A stretch of DNA of 64,000 nt from positions 348-64,347 of the forward strand of contig JBNJDK010000003.1 in NCBI GenBank assembly GCA_051744805.1. The letters run 5' to 3'. Shown here piece after piece: positions 19,765 through 30,091 of this stretch. The notes below the pieces were generated by a model, which was not told where the DNA came from, did no database searches, and was given only the letters and a program-made list of their open reading frames with translations. A program made the position numbers and the translations under genes. This stretch comes from Bacillota bacterium (GTDB lineage Bacteria > Bacillota > Halanaerobiia > Halanaerobiales > DATFIM01). Positions within the stretch are counted from its first letter, which is position 1; each line of letters opens with the position of its first letter.

Positions 19765-21244
19765 TTACTTCACTCCTCATTTCCTCTTTACTTTTATTTA
19801 TTCTTTTTATTAAATTAATTATCGATAATATTAACACAACTATCAAAGATATATATCCAATATAATTCCCATTTTGAATATAAAAAGTGTTAACTTTATT
19901 TAAGACTATATCAGCCCTCATTTCTTTAACATCATCTAATGGTTTCATTTTTTCTATTTTTCCTGAAGGTAAAATCACCCCACTTACAGATCTATTTCCT
20001 GATTTAACTACTGTTTTTCTGCTTTCTACAGCTCTAAAAATTGCTGCTGCCCACATTTGTTGTTGTAGTCCGCTATTAAACCAGGCTTCATTAGATTGAT
20101 TTACTATAAAATCAAATTCTTTTAAATCATTATTTAAAAGAGGATAAAATATCTCAGAACAAATAAGATTTTTCCATTTTATATTTTCTATTTCAAATAA
20201 ATTATTTTTTTCACCTGCTGCTAAAGAATGCCATCGTTTATTAGTTATAATATTTACCAGTTTATTAAATGGGATCTTTTCCCCAAAAACTACCAGTCTA
20301 TTTTTATTATAACGCGCAATTACTTTTCCTTCAGGTGAAAATAAAAAACTACTATTATATTTAAAATCAGGGTCTTCCTTGATAGCCTGTGCTCCAAATT
20401 GAAAATAACTATTAAATTCTTTCAATTTATCTAAAACTTGATTTCTATAATATTCATTTCTTATTATATCAAATGTTAGAGAAGTTTCTGGAGTTATAAA
20501 AAGTTTTACATCATTTATGTTATTTGCTGAAGAAAAGATATTATCTATATTTTTTTCAATATTAGCAGACTTCCATTTTTCTGATTGAGCTATATTTGTC
20601 TGAATAATCCCTACGGAAAATTTTTCTTCAGTATTTTTATTATAACTGAAATTTATTTTGTATATTCCATAACTTCCAACTATTAAAATTATAACTAATA
20701 TAGGAACTAAATATTTTTTATCTTTATTTATTAAAAATTTAAAAATATAACCATTTATCAAAACAACAAGAAATGAAATTAAAAATACTCCCCCAATATC
20801 CGCCCATTGTAATAAAGTTTTAAAAGAAGATTGAGTATAACCTAAATAAACCACCGGAAAATAAGACATTAATTTATAACGTAAAAATTCAATAGCTGTC
20901 CAACTTAATGCAACTCTTACAGCTCCAACTCCAATAATTTTTAATAAATAAGCCCAGATACCATAAAATACAGCAATTAAAGCAAAAAGTATAAAAAGTA
21001 AAATTATAATAAAAATAATATTTAAACCACTAAAATTATGTAATGGATAAAATAACCAGTAACTACTAATAGATATATATATTATTCCAAATAACCAACC
21101 TGAAAAAAACGATTTTTTTAGATTAGATTTTTTAATGATTACAAGAATAGGAATAAAAGAAAAGAAACTTAAAAAAAATAAATCAGGAAAGTAAAAAGGG
21201 AGAGTTATTAAAATAACCGAAATCGATAAAATAATTAATGTCAA
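19745..21244 (-). CDS. lnt: Apolipoprotein N-acyltransferase
   Basis: An N-terminal polytopic membrane domain is followed by a CN-hydrolase domain (TPETS..., ICSEIFYP). It uses a TTG start 6 nt after GGAGGA. Confidence 0.8.
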   Translation of the reverse strand: MTLIILSISVILITLPFYFPDLFFLSFFSFIPILVIIKKSNLKKSFFSGWLFGIIYISISSYWLFYPLHNFSGLNIIFIIILLFILFALIAVFYGIWAYLLKIIGVGAVRVALSWTAIEFLRYKLMSYFPVVYLGYTQSSFKTLLQWADIGGVFLISFLVVLINGYIFKFLINKDKKYLVPILVIILIVGSYGIYKINFSYNKNTEEKFSVGIIQTNIAQSEKWKSANIEKNIDNIFSSANNINDVKLFITPETSLTFDIIRNEYYRNQVLDKLKEFNSYFQFGAQAIKEDPDFKYNSSFLFSPEGKVIARYNKNRLVVFGEKIPFNKLVNIITNKRWHSLAAGEKNNLFEIENIKWKNLICSEIFYPLLNNDLKEFDFIVNQSNEAWFNSGLQQQMWAAAIFRAVESRKTVVKSGNRSVSGVILPSGKIEKMKPLDDVKEMRADIVLNKVNTFYIQNGNYIGYISLIVVLILSIINLIKRINKSKEEMRSEVNERKEK

Positions 21245-21255
21245 TTTTCATCCTC

Positions 21256-21930
21256 CTATAAATACTTTTTTAACCCCTCTAAATCTTTAACTATTAATTT
21301 TGAATCTGTCATTTCGACTAAATTATTTTTGCGAAATTCACTTAAAGTTCTACTTACAGTTTCTCTTGAAGTTCCAATAAAATTTGCTAAATCCTTTTGA
21401 CTTATATCCAAAATAAATTCATCCTGTTTATTTCCAAAATCTTTTATCATATCCATTATTAATCTTGCTATTCTACCTTTAGTATTTCTCAAACCTAAAT
21501 TTTCAATTCTATGTTGCGCTTTAGCTAACTTTTGAGCCATAACTTTAAGCATCCCCCAGCCGATCTGAGGATTTTTATTAAAATAAGTTTTAAAATCATC
21601 TTTATACAAAAAATCAACCTTAATATCTTCTAATGTCCTTGCAGAAGCCGGGTATTTACCAATACCAAATAAAACTACTTCTCCAAAAACATCTCCTGGC
21701 TGAAGTATTTCTAAAATTTGAACACTACCATCCATTTTAGTTTTCATAACTTTAACTTTTCCTTTTTTTAAAAAGAAAACTCTTTCACCTCTATCACCTT
21801 CTTGAAATAAAGTATATCCAGCTGGATAAGTTTTAGTTTTTATTAATTCACTTATTTCTGTTAACTGTCTATTATTTAATTCAGAAAATAAAATAAACTC
21901 TTTTAAATATTCCAGACTATTTTCATCCAT
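21256..21930 (-). CDS. Crp/Fnr-family transcriptional regulator (cNMP-binding domain plus HTH, no Cys cluster)
   Basis: Has a cNMP-binding beta-roll (GDVFGE) and a C-terminal HTH (SRETVSRTL). I set the start at the ATG at 21930 behind GGAGGAG. The 5' extension of the track ORF covers the promoter and terminator. Confidence 0.85.
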   Translation of the reverse strand: MDENSLEYLKEFILFSELNNRQLTEISELIKTKTYPAGYTLFQEGDRGERVFFLKKGKVKVMKTKMDGSVQILEILQPGDVFGEVVLFGIGKYPASARTLEDIKVDFLYKDDFKTYFNKNPQIGWGMLKVMAQKLAKAQHRIENLGLRNTKGRIARLIMDMIKDFGNKQDEFILDISQKDLANFIGTSRETVSRTLSEFRKNNLVEMTDSKLIVKDLEGLKKYL

Positions 21931-21978
21931 TTTATTCACTCCTCCAATATTTTTCAAATAATAAATTTCATCATATTT

Positions 21979-21987
21979 ATTATACCA
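21979..21987 (-). promoter_or_regulatory. Extended -10 promoter element for the Crp-family gene
   Basis: The minus strand reads TGGTATAAT, a perfect TGnTATAAT. There is no strong -35. Confidence 0.5.
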
Positions 21988-22010
21988 GTTAAAGGGAGTA
22001 ATAGTCCAAT

Positions 22011-22038
22011 TAAAAACAGACCACATAGAGTGGCCTGT
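22011..22038 (-). terminator. Rho-independent terminator after the EF-G paralogue
   Basis: The minus strand reads ACAGGCCAC-UCUAU-GUGGUCUGU, followed by UUUUUAAUU. Confidence 0.75.
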
Positions 22039-22082
22039 TTATTTAATCTATTTTCATGTAGCTATGAATTTTAATTTTTTAT

Positions 22083-24149
22083 TTAACTTGCTTCTTCTTC
22101 CTGTTTTTTCTGAGTAATAATTTCTTCAGCTTCATCATGAGGAACTTTTGCAAAATGTGAAAATTCCATATCAAAACTGCCATATCCACCAGTAATTGAT
22201 TTCAATTCAGTAGTATAGGTAAACATTTCAGACTGAGGAACTTCAGCATTAATTATTTGCTTTCCATTCTGAGGATCCATTCCAAGAATTCTACCTCTTC
22301 TTGAATTTAAATCTCCCATAATATCTCCCATATAATCTTGAGGAACAGTTACCTGAACTTTCATAATAGGTTCAAGTAATACTGGCTTAGCTTTCTGCAT
22401 TCCCTTTCTAAATGCCTTAGAAGATGCTATTTTAAAAGCCATTTCTGATGAATCAACATCATGATATGAACCATCATAAACAACTACTTTCACATCTACT
22501 ACTGGATAATGAGCAAGAGCTCCTTCTTCCATAGCTCCTTGTACTCCTTTTTCAACAGCTGGTATATATTGTTTTGGAATCGCTCCTCCAAAAATTTCTT
22601 CATCAAATTCAAAACCTTTACCTCGAGGAAGTGGCTCTATTCTAAGAAATACATGTCCATATTGACCACGGCCACCGGATTGCTTTTTATATCTTTCTTC
22701 TACTTTAGTTTTCTTTTGTATTGTTTCTTTATAAGCTACCTTAGGATCTTTGGTTTTAAACCCAACATCAAATTTTCTTTTACACATATCATTTATTACT
22801 GCTAAATGAATAGTACCCATACCTTTTATGAGCATTTCTTTAGTTTCTTTATTATATTCAACTTTAAAAGTAGGGTCTTCAAGTTTATAACGGTTCAAAG
22901 CAGAAGATAATTTTTCATCATCTCCATCAGGAATAGCAGCCTGAGTTAACATTGGTTCTGGAAACTCCAACTCAGGGAGTATAAAATCAAGACCATCAGA
23001 ACAGATAGTATCAGAAGTTTCTAATTCGTCAATTTTTGCAACTGCCCCAATTTCTCCTGCAGTTAATTTTTCTACTTCTTTTTGTTCAGAACCATTTAAT
23101 TTATAAAATTTAGTAGTTGTAAATGTTTCATTAGAACGGGGAATATAAACTTCAGTATTTTTATCTAAAGTCCCTGATAAAATTCTGAAAATTGACAATT
23201 TACCGATATAAGGGTCAACCATAGTTTTACCAACAAAACCTACTAAATCTCCATCTTCGGATTTTTCTATTTCAACTTCATTTCCATCTCTATCTTTACC
23301 ATTAATAGTTTTATCATAAACTGGAGATGGAACCATATCAACTATATCATTTAATAAAAGTTTAATTCCTGAATTTTTAAGAGCAGAACCAGAAAGAACT
23401 GGAACCATATTGCGTTCTCCCACACTCTTCTTTAATACTTTTATCATTTCTTTATCACTTATTTCTTCATCTTCAAGATATTTCATCATTAATTCGTCAT
23501 CTTCTTCTACAACTTTTTCCATAAATTCAATTCTATAATCTTCAACTTTTTCATACATTTCATCAGTTATTTCTTCACTTTCTCCATCTACATTTATAAA
23601 TTCTTTAGTAAGAAAATTTATAACTCCTTTATATTTTCCATCTTCATAATGAGGAATATTTAAAAGCACAAATTTATCATCAAATTTTTCTTTTAATTCC
23701 TCATATGCCTCAGCAAAATTGGCTCCTTCATCATCAACTTTATTAATAAAAACCAAACGAGCCAGATCATTTTCTACTGCTTTATTCCAAACATAATTGG
23801 TGTTTACCTCAATTCCGGCAGTTCCATCTAGTAATAAAACTGCACCTTCAACCATATTCAGAGCACTAACTACCTCACCTTTGAAATCAGCATAACCAGG
23901 TGTATCAATCAAGTTTACTTCTCTATTATTCCAATTAAATGTAAAATAAGAATTATTAATAGAATAAAGATGTTCTTTCTCTTCAGGAATAAAATCAGAT
24001 TTTGTTTTTCCATTTTCGACAGTGCCGACATCTTCTATCTCTCCTGAGTTATGTAGAATCATTTCTGTGAGAGTAGTTTTGCCCGCCCCTCCATGAGATA
24101 CTAAACAAACATTTCTAATATTTTTTAAATTTGCCAAGCTTAACACCAA
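22083..24149 (-). CDS. Elongation factor G paralogue (EF-G2-like translational GTPase)
   Basis: Has full five-domain EF-G architecture (688 aa). The G1 motif is SHGGAGKTT rather than AHIDAGKTT. DTPG and NKVD are present. It is not in a str operon context. The exact start (TTG, GTG or TTG near 24149-24135) is uncertain. Confidence 0.85.
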   Translation of the reverse strand: MVLSLANLKNIRNVCLVSHGGAGKTTLTEMILHNSGEIEDVGTVENGKTKSDFIPEEKEHLYSINNSYFTFNWNNREVNLIDTPGYADFKGEVVSALNMVEGAVLLLDGTAGIEVNTNYVWNKAVENDLARLVFINKVDDEGANFAEAYEELKEKFDDKFVLLNIPHYEDGKYKGVINFLTKEFINVDGESEEITDEMYEKVEDYRIEFMEKVVEEDDELMMKYLEDEEISDKEMIKVLKKSVGERNMVPVLSGSALKNSGIKLLLNDIVDMVPSPVYDKTINGKDRDGNEVEIEKSEDGDLVGFVGKTMVDPYIGKLSIFRILSGTLDKNTEVYIPRSNETFTTTKFYKLNGSEQKEVEKLTAGEIGAVAKIDELETSDTICSDGLDFILPELEFPEPMLTQAAIPDGDDEKLSSALNRYKLEDPTFKVEYNKETKEMLIKGMGTIHLAVINDMCKRKFDVGFKTKDPKVAYKETIQKKTKVEERYKKQSGGRGQYGHVFLRIEPLPRGKGFEFDEEIFGGAIPKQYIPAVEKGVQGAMEEGALAHYPVVDVKVVVYDGSYHDVDSSEMAFKIASSKAFRKGMQKAKPVLLEPIMKVQVTVPQDYMGDIMGDLNSRRGRILGMDPQNGKQIINAEVPQSEMFTYTTELKSITGGYGSFDMEFSHFAKVPHDEAEEIITQKKQEEEAS

Positions 24150-24216
24150 CCTTTCTAAGATTTATTAGCACTAATTTTTTAATGATTAGTGAGTAAATTA
24201 TCGTGTCTATTAAAAT

Positions 24217-24245
24217 ATTCTATATATCTGAAATAAATCCTGCAA
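24217..24245 (-). promoter_or_regulatory. Promoter candidate for the EF-G paralogue
   Basis: The minus strand reads TTGCAG (24245-24240), a 17-nt spacer, then TAGAAT (24222-24217). Confidence 0.5.
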
Positions 24246-24261
24246 TATTTTGAATATTATC

Positions 24262-25449
24262 TTATTTTATTTTTTTTGCCATATTTTTACCAAGCAAATC
24301 ACATTTTTGGAATTTATCATTATCAGGTGAATGTTTAGCTTCAATTATTGGTTCTATTATTTCTAATTTACTTTCATCAGCAAATTTTTGAATACCTTTA
24401 ACTCCTCCACCACTCCAACTATAAGAACCAAAAATTCCTAAATAACGATCATTTAACTTTCTATTATCAAGAGCACTTAAGAGACTTTCTACTGGTGGAA
24501 AAACCTTAGTATTATAAGCACAACTTCCAATTATAACACCTTTATATTTCCAGATATCACTTATCATATAGGAATTATCAGATCTAGCTGCATCATAGAC
24601 AACTACATTTTCTACACCATTTTCAGCTACTGATCTGGCTATTCTTTCAGCCATAAGTTTAGTATTGCCATACATAGAGCCATAAACAACTACAACCCCA
24701 TCTTCGGTTTTATGGCTGCTTAATCTGTCATAAAAATCAATAATATATTCAGGGTTTTCTCTCCAGACAGGGCCATGAGTAGAGGCAATAACTTCAATAG
24801 TAAGATCAGAAAGTTTATCTAAAGCCTTTTGGACCATTCTACTGTATTTACCAACTATATTTGAGAAATACCTTATAATTTCATCTTCATAATAATCAGT
24901 GTCTATTTCATCATCAAAAACTCCTCCATTAAGTGCCCCAAAACTACCAAATGCATCACCAGAAAAAAGAACTTTATCTTTAGTATCATAAGTCATCATT
25001 GTTTCTGGCCAGTGAACCATAGGAGTTAAATAAAATTCTAATTCTCTATTACCCAGATTTATAGAATCACCATTACTAACTATTTCTAATCCTTCATTAA
25101 TATTATAAAAACCATCTAAAAAATTAGCTGTTTTTTTATTTGCCACTATTTTCAATTCTGGATATTTTTCCTTTATTGCTTTAACATCACCTGAATGATC
25201 AGGTTCCATATGATTTATTACTAAATAGTCAAGTTTTTTATCTCCTAAAATATCTTCAATTTTGGAAATATAAGATTCATGATAATTTGATTTAACAGTA
25301 TCTATTAATGCAGTTTTTTCATCAACAACAAGGTATGAGTTATATGAAATTCCTTTATCTAATGGCCATAAAGCCTCAAAAATATCAGTTTCTCTATCAT
25401 TAACACCTACCCAGTATATATCTTCATTTAATTTTATGGATCTATTCAT
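24262..25449 (-). CDS. fprA: Flavodiiron protein (FprA-type; metallo-beta-lactamase-like plus flavodoxin domains), O2/NO detoxification
   Basis: Has the HMEPDHSG di-iron motif and a C-terminal flavodoxin fold (VVVYGSMYGNT). It is 395 aa. Confidence 0.88.
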   Translation of the reverse strand: MNRSIKLNEDIYWVGVNDRETDIFEALWPLDKGISYNSYLVVDEKTALIDTVKSNYHESYISKIEDILGDKKLDYLVINHMEPDHSGDVKAIKEKYPELKIVANKKTANFLDGFYNINEGLEIVSNGDSINLGNRELEFYLTPMVHWPETMMTYDTKDKVLFSGDAFGSFGALNGGVFDDEIDTDYYEDEIIRYFSNIVGKYSRMVQKALDKLSDLTIEVIASTHGPVWRENPEYIIDFYDRLSSHKTEDGVVVVYGSMYGNTKLMAERIARSVAENGVENVVVYDAARSDNSYMISDIWKYKGVIIGSCAYNTKVFPPVESLLSALDNRKLNDRYLGIFGSYSWSGGGVKGIQKFADESKLEIIEPIIEAKHSPDNDKFQKCDLLGKNMAKKIK

Positions 25450-25526
25450 TTAAAACTCCCCTTTCAATTTATAAAATTTCATTTATGCTCTAGGTTATTA
25501 TTTCAATAATTTTCGCTAAAATCCTT

Positions 25527-25567
25527 CAAAAAAATAAGTCCTGTAATTCAAAAAGAATTTACAGGAC
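25527..25567 (-). terminator. Rho-independent terminator ending the pyr operon
   Basis: The minus strand reads GUCCUGUAAAUUC-UUUUU-GAAUUACAGGAC, followed by UUAUUUUUUU. Confidence 0.8.
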
Positions 25568-25614
25568 ATTAATAATTCTAAAATTTTTAGTTTTATTTAT
25601 TTCTATTTAGATAT

Positions 25615-26193
25615 TTAAGATTTTATTTTTTTACTCCCAGGTTTATTTATTGGAATACCTTTTTTACAAAGTTCACAATTATTTGCCTTAAAGGAATCTA
25701 CTTCTAATTTAACAAGTGGTTTAAATTGATAGTCAAATTCAACTTCACCATTACTCCTATCAACTAAAGAACTTATCCCCACTATATTAGCATTCGATTC
25801 TTCTAAAAGAGTTATTACTTCTCTTACTGATCCCCCGGTAGTTACTACATCTTCAACAATTAGTACATTTTCATTTTCTTTTACATCCAGATTCCTTCTA
25901 AATTTCATTTTACCATCTTTTCTTTCACTAAAAATATTTCTGAGATTCATAACTGAAGCAACAGCATATGAAATGATTATCCCACCAATTGCTGGCCCTA
26001 CTACTAAATCAATATCTTCTTCTGTCCAAAACTCAGCAATTTCTTTTGCCAACTTATTTGTATATTCCGGATACTGCATAATTTTAGCACATTGCAAATA
26101 AGTATCTGTATGCCTTCCTGAACTTAGCTCAAAATGGCCAGTTTGTATAACATCAGTTTTTTTGAATAATTCTATTATTTCTTTTTGTTTCAA
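25615..26193 (-). CDS. pyrE: Orotate phosphoribosyltransferase
   Basis: Has the PRPP-binding motif LIVEDVVTTGGS. It is the last gene of the pyr operon. Confidence 0.92.
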   Translation of the reverse strand: MKQKEIIELFKKTDVIQTGHFELSSGRHTDTYLQCAKIMQYPEYTNKLAKEIAEFWTEEDIDLVVGPAIGGIIISYAVASVMNLRNIFSERKDGKMKFRRNLDVKENENVLIVEDVVTTGGSVREVITLLEESNANIVGISSLVDRSNGEVEFDYQFKPLVKLEVDSFKANNCELCKKGIPINKPGSKKIKS

Positions 26194-26208
26194 AATGATT
26201 CCTCCTCT

Positions 26209-27126
26209 TTAGTTATGTGCTCTTCCAATAATTTCTTCCAGACTATTTATATTATTTTGATTTAAATAATTTCTGATTTCATTAATAATTTTTTTAGAAG
26301 CATCTGGATCTCTTAATGTAGCAGTTCCAACACCAACCGCTGATGCTCCTGCTAGTAAGAATTCAATTGCATCTTCTCCAGTCATAATTCCTCCCATACC
26401 AATAATAGGTACATTTATATTTTTATAAAGTTGATACACCATTCTTAAAGCTACTGGTTTTATAGCTGGCCCGGAGAGGCCACCAAAGGTATTAGCTAAA
26501 ACAGGATTCTTTTTTTCTATATCAATTGCCATACCCAGCAATGTATTAATTAAAGAAATAATATCAGCTCCACCTTCTACAGCTGCTTTTCCCATCTCAA
26601 CTATATCAGTTACATTAGGACTTAATTTTACTATTATTGGACCAGAATAAACCTTTCTCACTTCTTTACTTACCTTATATATCATTTCACTATCTGTCCC
26701 AAAAGCCATTCCACCATTCTTTATATTTGGACAGGAAACATTAACTTCTACTGCCTTAATAGACTTTTCATTTTCTAATTCTTTAGCTAAATATTTAAAA
26801 TCATTTATTGAATATCCTGAAATATTAGCAATCACTGGAACTTTTAAATTATTAATTTCAGGAATTATATTCTTTTTAAATTTTTTAATTCCTGGATTTT
26901 CAAGACCAATAGAATTTAAAATACCAGCAGGAGTTTCTGCTATTCTAGGTAAATCATTACCTTCAGATTCTTCTACTGTAATCCCTTTTAAAGTAACTGC
27001 TCCTAAATCAGAAACAGGAAAATAGTCATTTAATTCTGTGCCAAAACCAAAGGTTCCTGAAGCTGTAATTACTGGATTCTTTAATTTTAGTTTTCCTAAA
27101 GAAGTATTAAGCAAATTTTCACTCAT
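26209..27126 (-). CDS. pyrD: Dihydroorotate dehydrogenase 1B, catalytic subunit
   Basis: Contains NPVITASGTFGFG, NVSCPN and GGI..G.DA. It is paired with pyrK. Confidence 0.93.
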   Translation of the reverse strand: MSENLLNTSLGKLKLKNPVITASGTFGFGTELNDYFPVSDLGAVTLKGITVEESEGNDLPRIAETPAGILNSIGLENPGIKKFKKNIIPEINNLKVPVIANISGYSINDFKYLAKELENEKSIKAVEVNVSCPNIKNGGMAFGTDSEMIYKVSKEVRKVYSGPIIVKLSPNVTDIVEMGKAAVEGGADIISLINTLLGMAIDIEKKNPVLANTFGGLSGPAIKPVALRMVYQLYKNINVPIIGMGGIMTGEDAIEFLLAGASAVGVGTATLRDPDASKKIINEIRNYLNQNNINSLEEIIGRAHN

Positions 27127-27889
27127 TAAATATCACTTCTTTCAAAGGAAAAACCGGTCCCTCTTTACATGCTCTCATATTGCCGTTAGTAGTTTTTACT
27201 GTACAGGATAGACAAACTCCTACACCACATCCCATTCTCTCCTCAAGGGAAGCTTCTGCCTCTATGTTTTGATTTTTAATTAATAACTGTAGTTCTTTTA
27301 ACATTTCAGTAGGTCCACAACTATATATATAATCTATTTCATTTTTATTTATTTTAGAATTATTTAAAAGTTCAATTACTGTTCCTTTAAACCCTAAACT
27401 TCCATCCATAGTAGTATTATAAACTTCAATTTCTAATTTAGAAAATTTATTTTTCAAAAAATTAAGTTCACTTTGATTATTTGCCCCTAATAAAACTTTG
27501 ATGTTATTTTTATCTTTTAATTCTTTAGCTAGAAAATATAAAGGGGCAATCCCCATTCCACCACCAAGTAAAATGATATTTTCATTTTTCTTATTAAGAT
27601 TAAAACCATTACCTAAACTTTCTAAAACTTCAACTTTATCTCCTTTTTTTAATTTTTTCATCAATTGTGTACCTTTACCACATATTTTATATATAATAGT
27701 CAATAAATTTTTCTCAGAATTTAAATCAAAGATGCTAAAAGGCCTTCTTAAAAGAGGATCATAACTATCACTATTTATTTTTAGATGTATAAACTGTCCA
27801 GGTTTTCCACTTATTTTTTCACTGGATTTTAGTTGCATTTTATAAATTTTAGGACCAATTTTTTTATTGCTCTTTATTTTCAAAGTCAT
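27119..27889 (-). CDS. pyrK: Dihydroorotate dehydrogenase 1B, electron-transfer (FAD/2Fe-2S) subunit
   Basis: Has RRPFS FAD binding, GGGMGIAPL, and a C-terminal CGVGVCLSC...C cluster. Confidence 0.9.
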   Translation of the reverse strand: MTLKIKSNKKIGPKIYKMQLKSSEKISGKPGQFIHLKINSDSYDPLLRRPFSIFDLNSEKNLLTIIYKICGKGTQLMKKLKKGDKVEVLESLGNGFNLNKKNENIILLGGGMGIAPLYFLAKELKDKNNIKVLLGANNQSELNFLKNKFSKLEIEVYNTTMDGSLGFKGTVIELLNNSKINKNEIDYIYSCGPTEMLKELQLLIKNQNIEAEASLEERMGCGVGVCLSCTVKTTNGNMRACKEGPVFPLKEVIFNE

Positions 27890-27903
27890 CCCCCGTTTCA
27901 GTT

Positions 27904-28827
27904 TTATTTATAATAATTATCTAAAGCATTATTTACCTCTTCTTTCATATTTTTAGCTGCTTCACCAGCTGCAAAAGCAAAATCTTTTTCACTATATTTT
28001 TGATTATTTCTATAAGCAAAGATAATACCTCTTGAAGAGTTAATAATTGCACCTGCTTTATTTTCATCAAATCCATACACAACATCTTCTGCTCCCCCAC
28101 CCTGTGCACCGTATCCGGGAATCAAAAGAAAAACACCAGGTAATAATGAACGTAATTTTTTTAATTCTTTGGGATAAGTTGCTCCTATCACTGCACCTAA
28201 ATTTGAATAACCACACTCTCCTAAATAATCTTTCCCCCAATCTTTAACAAGTTCTCCTACGTGTTCATATATCTTTTTGCCATTTTTACTTTCTATATCC
28301 TGAACATCTCCAGCACTTTTGTTTGAAGTTCTTACAAGAGCAAAAGCACCTTTATTTTTATAATTTAAAAATGGCTTAACTCCATCAAGTCCAAAATAAG
28401 GATTAATAGTAATTGCATCTATATTTTTATTTTTTAGATATGCTTCTGCATATGCTTTGGCAGTAGAACCTATATCATTTCTTTTTGCATCTAGAAGAAC
28501 AAGTAATCCTTTTTCTTTTGCATAATTAATAGTTTTATCTAAGGTTTTCAAACCATTTAAACCCATTTTTTCATAAAAAGCAATTTGAGGTTTAACAATC
28601 GCTGTATACTTAGCAACTTCATCTATAATATTTTTATTAAAATTCAAAACTGCCAGAGAAATGGCTTCTTCAGAATTGTCACATTCTCTTTTAGCATTTT
28701 CAATTATAAATTCTGGTATTAGATCAAGATGAGGATCAAGACCGACACATATCCTGCTGTCGGTCTCATTAATTTTATCATTTAGATTATCAATAAATGA
28801 TTTCAGCTTTATCACCTCTATTATCAT
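27904..28827 (-). CDS. pyrF: Orotidine 5'-phosphate decarboxylase, long (type 2) form
   Basis: Has VGLDP and DAKRNDIGSTA motifs. It is about 307 aa. The annotated start overlaps the pyrC end by 38 nt, so the start could be the GTG at 28815. Confidence 0.85.
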   Translation of the reverse strand: MIIEVIKLKSFIDNLNDKINETDSRICVGLDPHLDLIPEFIIENAKRECDNSEEAISLAVLNFNKNIIDEVAKYTAIVKPQIAFYEKMGLNGLKTLDKTINYAKEKGLLVLLDAKRNDIGSTAKAYAEAYLKNKNIDAITINPYFGLDGVKPFLNYKNKGAFALVRTSNKSAGDVQDIESKNGKKIYEHVGELVKDWGKDYLGECGYSNLGAVIGATYPKELKKLRSLLPGVFLLIPGYGAQGGGAEDVVYGFDENKAGAIINSSRGIIFAYRNNQKYSEKDFAFAAGEAAKNMKEEVNNALDNYYK

Positions 28828-30091
28828 AAACCAATTTTCCAGAACTAAAGGTAATTTCTGTTTTGCCAGTTAATTTTTTCCCTGAAAAAGGTGTATTTTT
28901 TCCTTTAGATTTAAAATCTTCAGTTTTAACTTCCCATTCTTTTTTAGGGTCAAATACTATCAAATCTGCAGAATTATTCTCTTTAATTCCTTTTTTATCA
29001 AGATTAAATAATTCTATAGGTTTTTCATACATAAGCTTAACTAGATCTTTATAACTAATGATTTTTTCTTTTACAAGATTTGTATTAACAAGTGCCAGAG
29101 CAGTTTCCAGACCGGAAATACCATTTTCGGCATAATTAAATTCACCAAGTTTATCTTCATAGGTGTGAGGAGCATGATCAGTAGCTATAATATCAATTTT
29201 ACCATCAGCTATTCCCTTTTTTAATGCTTCTACATCTTTTTTACTTCGAAGAGGAGGATTAACCTTTGTATTTGGATCATAACTTTTGACAGCTTCATCT
29301 GTTAGTGAAAAATGATGAGGAGTTATTTCAGCACTAACATTTACTCCTCTTTTTTTTGCATCAGCAACAAGTTCCATACCTCTCTCAGTACTTATATGAG
29401 CTATATGAAGAGAAGCTCCTGTAAATTCTGCTAACATTATGTCTCGAGCTATCATAGTCTCTTCAGCTGCTGCCGGAATTGGCTTTAATCCTAATATTGT
29501 AGAATAATAACCTTCATTCATAACTCCTTCACTTGCTAAATTGAGGTCTTCACAATGACTAATTATTTTTAAACCAAAATTGTCTCCATATTCCATTGCT
29601 CTTCTCATTATTTCGCCATTCATTACTGGATTTCCATCATCAGATACTGCTTTAACTCCAGCTTCAGCCAGAAACCCGAGTTCAGCTAACTCTTTTCCTT
29701 CTCTTTTTTTAGTTATACTTCCTATTGGTAAAACTTCAATAACAGCTTCATCTGCTTTTGATTTTATATATTCTACAGAAGCTGGATTATCAACTGTAGG
29801 ATTTGTATTTGGCATACAGGCTATTCTCGTAAATCCACCTACTGCAGCTGCCTCACAACCTGTTTTTATTGTCTCTTTTTCTTCAAAGCCAGGCTCACGT
29901 AAATGAGTATGCATATCAATTAAACCTGGAAAAATAATTTTATCTTTAGCATCAATCGTCTCAGCATTTGTAGAATTAATTTCTTCACTAATTTTTTTTA
30001 TTTTTCCATCTTCGATTAAAATATCATATTTCCCATCTATATCTTCTAATGTATCAATTACATGGCCATTTTTAATTAAGATTTTCATCAT
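28790..30091 (-). CDS. pyrC: Dihydroorotase
   Basis: Has DMHTHLREPG, a conserved His pattern and TDHAPH. Confidence 0.93.
   Translation of the reverse strand: MMKILIKNGHVIDTLEDIDGKYDILIEDGKIKKISEEINSTNAETIDAKDKIIFPGLIDMHTHLREPGFEEKETIKTGCEAAAVGGFTRIACMPNTNPTVDNPASVEYIKSKADEAVIEVLPIGSITKKREGKELAELGFLAEAGVKAVSDDGNPVMNGEIMRRAMEYGDNFGLKIISHCEDLNLASEGVMNEGYYSTILGLKPIPAAAEETMIARDIMLAEFTGASLHIAHISTERGMELVADAKKRGVNVSAEITPHHFSLTDEAVKSYDPNTKVNPPLRSKKDVEALKKGIADGKIDIIATDHAPHTYEDKLGEFNYAENGISGLETALALVNTNLVKEKIISYKDLVKLMYEKPIELFNLDKKGIKENNSADLIVFDPKKEWEVKTEDFKSKGKNTPFSGKKLTGKTEITFSSGKLVYDNRGDKAEIIY

Noticed and set aside
21931-22026. 5' extensions of track ORFs: Crp 21931-22026, gmk 15543-15572, pyrP 32373-32420, pyrR 33101-33130, ylmE 42557-42583, ftsA 46898-46951, murG 50262-50273 and trpS 63024-63074.
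   Set aside because: Each extension lacks an SD, overlaps a terminator, promoter or upstream gene, and precedes an internal start that has a good SD and a conserved N-terminus.
24150-24216. A hairpin, CACUAAU-N9-AUUAGUG, in the 5' UTR of the EF-G paralogue, which could be a terminator for fprA or a regulatory element.
   Set aside because: The stem is short, no U-tract follows, and the context is AT-rich, so the evidence is insufficient.
25450-25530. The palindrome TTATTGAaATAATAA upstream of fprA, considered as a PerR, Rex or Fnr site.
   Set aside because: It matches only about 10 of 14 PerR positions. In DNA this AT-rich such palindromes arise by chance. I kept it only as a remark under the PerR finding.
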